A stretch of 62,382 bases of DNA, the filler included, from Collodictyon triciliatum (Eukaryota): assembly GCA_043381765.1 (NCBI GenBank). It is 4 parts of 4 records of this genome, joined end to end, with 100 filler letters (N's around TTAATTAATTAA, not from the genome) between each part and the next. Parts side by side here need not be neighbours in the genome. Positions count along the whole stretch, not along the records: positions 49,928 to 62,382 come from JBHJMP010000318.1; 3 more parts are not named here. The stretch is one strand, 5' to 3'. This document shows positions 53,701 to 62,382 of the stretch, piece by piece. Position numbers and translations under genes: made by a program. Below the pieces are notes generated by a model, which saw nothing but the letters and a program-made list of their open reading frames with translations, had not been told where the DNA came from and searched no databases. How positions within the stretch are numbered: the stretch's first letter is position 1; each line of letters opens with the position of its first letter.

Positions 53701-56700
53701 AAAAGCATTTCGAGCAGATTTTTAATAATCTTCATCAATCCGGACATCATGTAATCAATTTCATAACTGCGTCTGGTCTAAAAATAAAAGTGTAGGGAAT
53801 GAAGCACTCTACCATTATGAAAGTATAAATTTACATATTTGAAGTATTATTGCATCATAAAAAAATATAAGTGTATTAGTAAGATGATTTCCAGTTATCT
53901 AGAATGCAATCAAGGAACTTGCCTCCGAACTTTTGTGAGAAAAGAGCAATCTAATTGATGTATTTCGCAGAGTGATAAATGCATTTAAACTAATGGTTTG
54001 TTTTGATAAGTGCTTTTTATTTTGAAGCGTTATGTCTTGGAACATGTATGAAATCCTAGCTTTAATTTTCTAGGAATAATCTTTTGTACAGAGTATCTGA
54101 ACTTACGTTTCTTCATCAGATAAAGAGTCAAACAAAAAATTGAGCACATGGATCAATAGTTCAAAATATTCAATAACAATCGCTGAGTGATTGTCAATCG
54201 TGAGAAGAAGTGTGGTAAGATGCCTCAAGTATGATTGATAAAATATTGTCTGAACTCTATTTAAAAAAAAAAGAAATAAGCATACGTTTATTTATCACAA
54301 AGAAATCAACCAAAACATAATCTTTCATTTTTATTTTTATTTTTTTTTAGTTTATGTTCGATTGTGGTACCCTTGAATCGAATAAAGGGAGAAAAATGTT
54401 CGATTGTGGTAAATTACCTCTCTTCTTGTGTTTTGCATATCTCTACAATTATTCTAAGGAAAAAACGCCTGCACAAACATATGGAAGGTAAGCGTTAAAT
54501 TTTCAAAATATACTTTAACTAAAACAATTAAAAAATAGATTCTACCTGATAAATTGGTTTTTGCAATGAAGTAGCACTGACTCTGATAGACAGAAGAACT
54601 CATCACCCATAAGAATATTAGTGATACTTGAAGATGGTATGGTATTGGGGAGCAAAGTCGAAAAAATTCTGAAGAAAACCTTTGTTTATAATGCCAATTT
54701 CAGTATCTGAATTGCTATAAACTATTTGATTTGGAGTATGTTGTTGGGGACTGTAACAACATGAAAATGATTTATAGGTGAATGTTATTGGAACTTTGAA
54801 TATAATTGAATAATGGTATCAAACTTCGGTGCACATCGACCCTGTAGGATTAGCAGTAGAATTGAATACAGCAATTTCGGCGAATTCTGATACGTTCTTT
54901 GCAGTTTGTAATAATGTTATCATTATATCCTTGCATATAAAAGGATTCCTTGAAAAAAATTCTTTTGGTCTAATGCTCATGATATGCACTGGCTCTATCG
55001 ATGAGTAGTCGAGTAACAGTTTATCAGGATCATCTATTTGAAGATTAAGAAATAAGAAAAAAATACAAGTTTCAAACATTGCTTTGATTATTACAACCAA
55101 TAGCATGATTCCAAGAATAAGCATCAACCGATAAAGCGGAGAAAAGAAAAATACCTAACGTGATTACGTCGATAAGCTTGCATAAAAGAGATAAACAGCC
55201 GAGCCATTCATTATTCTTGAACAATTTTGCAGAGCAAACTATTTAAAAAAATTTTTGGTGACAAATTTAAAACGAATATTAGATCATGATGTATGAGTAC
55301 ATAAAAAATGAAGAGAGGCCATGAAATTGTTGTAAACCTTTTACGAGACACTCCAACAGGCCACCAAATATGCCTGAAGATATACACGATTCAATCCAAT
55401 CAAGACTTTCATATTTTTGCAAAACAGTGTCCATAACTTGAAGGTTATAAAGTAGTCTATTTGTTGAATGTGTGTCCAAGAGCTCTTTCCATGGCATCTT
55501 TGGTCCCATTTGATAGAATGATTGATAGATAGCTTCATTAGTTGGTAGAAGCATTATAACATTCCATACCTGGCGAGGTGTAAAGATAATTGAAAAATTG
55601 GCACATCCGAAAATTTACTCATGCTTTATTTTCATGAGATATTGGTGATATGAATATTGAAAAACAAAAAACGGAGTGATGTGAATTTAGGTATATACGG
55701 GATAATGGATTCAATCTATTATAAAACATATTAAAAATATTGGTAAATAAAAGGCGGTAGAAATCTAAGAAAAAAGTAGAGTAGAAAGTATGAAAAGAAT
55801 GGAATAAAATGGTACTGAAAGGAGATAGAAAAATTATAGATAAAAAAAAAGGAACAGAAATAAAATAGAAGCAGAAGAACAAAAGAACAGACAGGAAAAC
55901 AATTCACCTTCTGATGGTTAATTGACAAATCAAATAGATCCATAAAAATTGTAAAGTTATTAGGGAGCGAAAAAAGATCGCCCGTGCAACAACTTTTTTC
56001 CTTGTATGTATGATTGAGTGTTATATAATTAGTAAACTAATGAACATAATTTGAATTTGTGACATGCCTCTGTTAGTGAAAAGGCAATATATGATGAAGG
56101 TGATTTTTAGATTAAATGTATTGTTGTTAAGAGAAAACAAAAAAAATTGCGCTACAATTATTAAGGGAACGGCTGAAGTTTCTTGTTTCTCCTATTTGAT
56201 TCATTATCAATAAGAAGGAATCATTTGATTAGCTATAATTTAGAATAGAATCAAACGGAAATCAAGCTCATCAATAAGAGCGGAGATGGAATGTGATGAA
56301 TTCTGACCTGGGTTCTATAGACGAAGAAGATGTCTTTGGTGGTGCCAATCACATCAGCAACGAAGAAAGTATCATCATTCAATCTTAACTTGGAACGAAT
56401 CTTGCGTCGTTTTATGATAAGTTTGGATAGCATGATGGGTGAAAACTTCAGCTCAGTAATTTAACATAAAATGGTAAAGATTCATATTTATAAATACTAG
56501 TTTAGTTTGATGGTACGGAATCTGCAAAGCATCTGCGATCAATCTTCTGAGTTCACCAACACGGCTATTTGAATATAGCATTATTTTCCCGCTCAAAGAC
56601 GGATTGGCTATTGTCTTGTACTCAATCCTGTTAGAAATAAAGTTACCATTTGAATTGGCATTTTAACGAAACAGATTTGATTTGCATACAGAGCTTACCA

Positions 56701-58507
56701 TAATTTGTTTCCTTTGGTGCTGCTGTGCACCTTTCTCGGTGTTGCACTTGGTAATGTGGCCAGATTGGTGTCATATGTGACAAGTTGAAACTACAAGACG
56801 AGTTAATAAACAACTATCATATTTGAAATATTTGAGCAGATCCGAGACCTAAATTGGTTGAAATGAAAATCAATCAATTTTCATGGAGAGAATAATACCT
56901 CTATTAATTCCAAAACACGAACTAATTTCATTTTTTCTCGGCTAGCTTCAGCGTCTATGACACCATCAGCGCTTATCCGACGAAAGCAATCTCTGATTAT
57001 ATCCATGACTTGCTCAACAAAAAGTGTAATTTTATTTAAATTACAGGCTTGACTTGGGTCGATAACCTGAAAAGTACAATCATTTCGTATTTTTGAATAG
57101 GATAGATTATTCTATGTGATGTTTCATGAAGAACCTAATAAAAAAAAGTACAAGATGTATCCTTGTGATGTATTAAAAAAAACTGGAATAAAGAAATGAC
57201 AAATTGTAAGAGAAAGCGCTATATAATATGGAGACAAGTATATATTCTTAAACATTACATTATATTCCATGCACAAATCCCGAATGGCTGTTTTTGCCAC
57301 TGTCGCGTCCATTGATTCTGTCGCAATCGCCCAAAACAAATCCAACCCGAAATTGTTTGTAATCGATGGCAGTATTGTATCGTGTCCTATTTCTTCTATC
57401 GTAATCCTTTGCAGGGACAAAACCATAATTAGTTAGAATATTTTCAAGGTCTATATGGTAAAAAAAAAAAATTGAAAAAAGGGATAAGATGTGAAGGCTA
57501 ATCCAAGAGAAAAAAAAAAGACAATACCAAGCAACCCTTACATTAGATAGCAATGAAACATAGAGTATGATATCATGTTGAATTCGGTAGGTTTTAGTTG
57601 GAGGATGTTGGACTGGAAGATATGCCCGAAGGGAAAAAACTAAATCGAGATCGTAAAAGTGGACTCGGTAAAGAAATTATCTTTAAATTTTGGAATATTG
57701 GTATAACATTGAAATGAAGTCAGTCATGGTTTGTGTTACTTTTCTGTCGACTTCCCGCCCGAGCTTCAGAAACCACTCAAACAGCATCAATGGCTCTTCT
57801 TTTGACACTGATTCTCTAAAATACATATGAAAAAGCTAAGTAATACCACTGGTGCATCGGTATGTCCCCCATTTATGTCAGAATTATATAAATGAATCTG
57901 AATAAAAGGACATTTTTATATTGGTATGTATCCACAAATTTTAAAAGAGTGAGAAGATAATACATGTCATTATTATCATATGAGTGGGATAATATTGATA
58001 GATTTTGAAGTATTGCACAAACGTCACAAATGCATTCCATAGAACATTGATGTTTAATTCTTTTATAGGTATCTATGAAATAGAATCAACATATCAATAA
58101 ATACAAATGAAGGGCACGATTCACAAAAATAATAATTTGGCCCGTAAGTAATCAGAAAATTGTATTGGAAAGCTATTTCCTAATAAAAATAAATAAAAGT
58201 GAATAATAGTTCACCAAATAGAAAAGGAATAGAATATCCAAAAATTGGATGAGGATAACGTTAACAATATAAACATACGCTCAGGCGTTTTATCAGGACT
58301 AACAAAAGCTGAAGGATAGAATCAATTCGGTCTTTGTGCGATACTTTTCCAATAATTATGCTTTCATGTGAAACATGACTCAACCTGTGTGTAACCTATA
58401 CAGATTTTTCGGAATATTAGTATTTCTATAATATGTCAATACTGTGAGGTTCCTTAATCAATGACAGCGACTAAATCCATATAAAAAAGGATTTAGAAAG
58501 TAAGATG

Positions 58508-58603
<96 letters not shown>

Positions 58604-58703
58604 NNNNNNNNNNNNNNNNNNNNNNNNNNNNNNNNNNNNNNNNNNNNNNNNNNNNNNNNNNNNNNNNNNNNNNNNNNNNNNNNNNNNNNNNNNNNNNNNN
58701 NNN

Positions 58704-58777
<74 letters not shown>

Positions 58778-61700
58778 AATTATAATTATAATTCTCATAC
58801 CTTTAAGCCTTCTATAACTTTTTTTTTATATCTGATACAATCATCACAAATTATCTCGATAATAGATGTCTCTTGTTGGGCAAGGATAGCGTGGATATCA
58901 TCCAAGGTAGCGCTCTGGTTCCCAATTTGTTCCGCATGTGAAATTATCAGAGAAGTCAAAAGCTTGCAACTTAAATCGGGGGTGTAGTCGGTAGAAATAT
59001 TTTTCACACATTTTTCTATAAAACCTAGCCTGTTGAGGTGCTTCATGAATAAATGTGTTACTGGACGTTCTTGCTGTCTTTATGTCTGTCTATTAAACGA
59101 ATAAAAGTCTTGCCAACAGCATCTCAAATAGTACCTTAGATGCGCAGAAGTGGATTCACAAAGTAGACGATCAAGGCAGCTGTATGCGAACGGCAAGTGT
59201 TCAAGAGAGAGGGATGTCTTATCTTGAATCAGGTTCCACAACAGATCCAAACCAATATTATTTGGGTAGTGGGATATCTACATATATTAGCCGCATAAAT
59301 AACGAAATCCTCGAAAAAATTGAAATTGTTTTAAAAATACAGGTAGTTATCTAAATCATACCCGTGTGGAATCACCCACAATTTTCTGCTGTTTTTCCAA
59401 CAAATCGTATGTTTGGTCCCGAATGAAAGCAAGTAGGATGTTATCATAAGCTTCAAAAGGCAATGAAATCGCAAATTCAAAGATGTGCATGTATTGAGAG
59501 AAATCCAGTAATTTTGATAGATCCGATAAAATCTTGAGCGTTGTAATCTTAATCGACTCATGAGATGTCTAATGATATATAAAATTTTATTTAGTGTACG
59601 AATGTTGATGAGAATAAAAATTGGTATATTTCATATATAATTGGTATGCGTATCATGTGATTTGTTTTTTGTTTTTTGTTTTTTGTTATTTTATTATTTT
59701 ATTATTTTATTATTTTATTATTTTATTATTTTATTATTTTATTATTTTATTATTTTATTATTTTATTATTTTATTATTTTATTATTTTNNNNNNNNNNNN
59801 NNNNNNNNNNNNNNNNNNNNNNNNNNNNNNNNNNNNNNNNNNNNNNNNNNNNNNNNNNNNNNNNNNNNNNNNNNNNNNNNNNNNNNNNAAGAAAGAAGGA
59901 AAGAAGGAAAGAAGGAAAGAAGGAAAGAAGGAAAGAAGGAAAGAAGGAAAGAAGGAAAGAAGGAAAGAAGGAAAGAAGGAAAGAAGGAAAGAAGAAAGGA
60001 GGGGAAAAAAGGGAAAAAATAATACATATTGCATTAAGATAGGACCATGTAAAAACTCACTCTCTGAGTGAATTGCTCACAAGAGAAGGAATGCAATCTA
60101 CGTCGGTACTTTCACCTTTCTCCGTTATTTTTTCATATTTTATTGCTTCAGCTGCAGAGAAAGCCTCAAATATATTGTTAATTAAAGTCATTCCATGTAT
60201 GCGTCTCTCAAGAAAAGGCGTTTTGACCAGTTTCAGGCCGAGTTTAAGTTGGAAATGGCAGCGACTATTGATAACAGAAAAAGAAATCAGAGACAATAAC
60301 TTTAATTTCGAGCCTGTTTTGATAAAAAAAATAAATTAAATTGACGAAATATTAAAAGAAGGAAAATAGAAGAGAAAAGAAAAAAGAATATGTCAAAAAA
60401 AAAAAAAAAAGGGATGGAGATAGGGTGATGGAAAGATAGTATGTGGTAAAGAGAAAAAAAAAGGGAAATAAGCCATAGATCGAAAGAAAAAAACCTGGTT
60501 TTTGGATCTGCATCACTTTTTAAGCTTAGTATATTTTCGTAGACAGAGCAAATGTTCATAAACACACTTTTATCATCTATCTTCATATCAGAGTCTTTCA
60601 TAAGGAAAATCTATAGGTGAATGTTAAAATTTCATAGATATCTCAAGGCATGATAATTAAATCGGTTGTTATTTGGCAGTGTTTCATTTTTTTAATTGAA
60701 TTTGTCCGGCAATATAATACACATTATTAGAATATCCACCCTTTCAGGAATTTTTTCCACATCGAAAAGTAATTCATCTTTAGTCTTCAAATCCAGGAAC
60801 TCTGTGATCTTTTTTTTTTTAATTGTTAATAAATAAAATCCTGCTAATACATTACGTCGAACCACATAATAAAAAAAAAATCGTTCTTGGTTAGGGTACT
60901 TTAAAATGAACTTTATGTCATATTTTCGAGAAGGCTCTAGTGTATGTATACCCGATGAAAGAAATTGCATATAGTGAGTAATGCATTGAGAGAACAGCTC
61001 AAAGAAGGATCAAAGACTTTCCTCTTCAATATCGCGATAGTGGATGGTTGACTACATTCTTTCATAATATCTCCAAAAATATTTATACCCTATGATTAAA
61101 CAATCTATTATGAATTACTTGATTCTTTAGTATATCTGCGTCTATGATACATTTAGGCATGGAATAAATATAGTCTAATTTAAGGAAATAAGCTTGTAGA
61201 TTTTGTGAATGTTGGACGAAGCAATGAATACAACCTAAAATTAACTGAAAAGCAACAAACAAAAAAAAAGTACTCAATGAAGCTTACGTCTTGGGAAGGC
61301 GTCGGTGTTCGCCAATAAGTCCGGTAGAAAAATGAATCTGGGCTGGTTATAAGAGATATCACAATAGCGTAATCATTATCTGATCCCAGTCGCTGAACGG
61401 CAAAATTGAATGATTGCTTCAGAAAAGTATGCACACTTAAGATGTCTTCTTTGTGGCTCAACCTATTGAACGCAGAATATTTGTATAGCCAAAAAAATAT
61501 TCAACATGAAAGTTCTGATAATAAACAATTCACAAATACGCCAACATTTAAACGCGTCTTCTGTAGGATGTAAAAGACACATTTTGGTCTATGAAAATCA
61601 AATAGCAAATAGGAAGTAAGTGTGTAAGGGAAGTGAGTTTATGTTAGGACTTATTTTGTATGAACCGGTACGGCGATGATGAAAGAAAGAGAAAAAAACA

Positions 61701-62235
61701 TGTGGCCGTGTATCAATACGACTTGGTATTACTGTCTTTTGGAAGCGGTGTAGACTGTTCGAATAATGATCCAACGAATAAGGGGAGTGGCTTCGGCCTG
61801 GTCCTCATTCTCCAATTTTAAGAGACATCTGACGAAGGAGCTTATTTTCTGCAACAAACTACCTGTATTTGGACCTTGCGAAGATGGTAAGAACAAAACT
61901 ATGTGTTAGGTTTGGGCCACAGCTAGACAATAATAAATTAAAAATAAACACGAGCAAGTAATTACATCCGGTGAAACACCAATACTCGACAAGGAAGCGA
62001 CAAGGGTCAGAGTAAAATGATCAAACCTTGCTCAAGGGCAAACTCTGTCTCGGAAAACTCCTTTCTGAAGTCCTCTACACTCTCCAGTAAGTTCTCTGAA
62101 GCAGCATCCGACATGACACTTAAATGAATAAGATAAAGATTCACATAAGAATCGAGTAAGGTGGCAACACGCAGTTTGAACGAGTGCTCCGTCACGACTT
62201 TTGGAACAATTAAGAAAGCACTCTGGAACTGAATC
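49162..62235 (-). CDS. Large ubiquitin-specific protease, USP9X/USP24/USP34 type; 5'-partial, continues beyond the window, 3' end approximate
   Basis: Cys box [23 protein letters not shown] (~53020-53090), QMDV|VEFFN, GETLDGDNKYHCQSCDKK, ILHLKRFEFDYE, His box VGVLVHQGTADAGHYYSYIK (~51580-51650), FNDTIV and SAYILFYE. Upstream are family-type motifs PKCKTPQSRKSAFDLL, FGLDLFWAIA and LERRIHGM. Confidence 0.92.
49828..49927. other. Assembly gap with artificial TTAATTAATTAA linker
   Basis: Same layout as 19361-19460. Confidence 0.9.
58510..58790 (+). repeat. (TAT)n microsatellite spanning an N gap, intronic
   Basis: Direct read. Confidence 0.9.
59686..59997 (+). repeat. (TTATTATT)n and (AAAGAAGG)n flanking an N gap, intronic
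   Basis: Direct read. Confidence 0.9.
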
Positions 62236-62382
62236 TATCTCTTAATTGCTTCCTGTGCTATTATCTCCTTTTATTTTCTATTTTTTATTCTTCTTTTTTT
62301 ATTCTTCTTTTTTTATTCTTCTTTTTTTATTCTTCTTTTTTTATTCTTCTTTTTTTATTCTTCTTTTTTTATTCTTCTTTTT

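Overview
Intron-dense eukaryotic genomic DNA, probably from a protist, using the standard genetic code, with many intronic microsatellites and N gaps. Six spliced genes can be reconstructed by eye. They are: a ~13.6 kb P4-ATPase (flippase)-guanylyl cyclase fusion (+); an FAD/NAD(P)-dependent oxidoreductase (-); a RecQ-like helicase with degenerate catalytic motifs (-); a class I cyclic-nucleotide phosphodiesterase with a probable N-terminal pseudo-receiver domain (+); a large multi-EF-hand protein (-); and a USP9X/24/34-type deubiquitinase that runs off the right edge (-). Just downstream of the cyclase is an intronless, decayed Fanzor1 (eukaryotic TnpB-like RNA-guided nuclease) element. It is followed by a structured tract that is a candidate omegaRNA. 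Three gaps carry an artificial TTAATTAATTAA linker, so gene order across them is not guaranteed. All exon joins and motif calls are manual reads; no searches were run.
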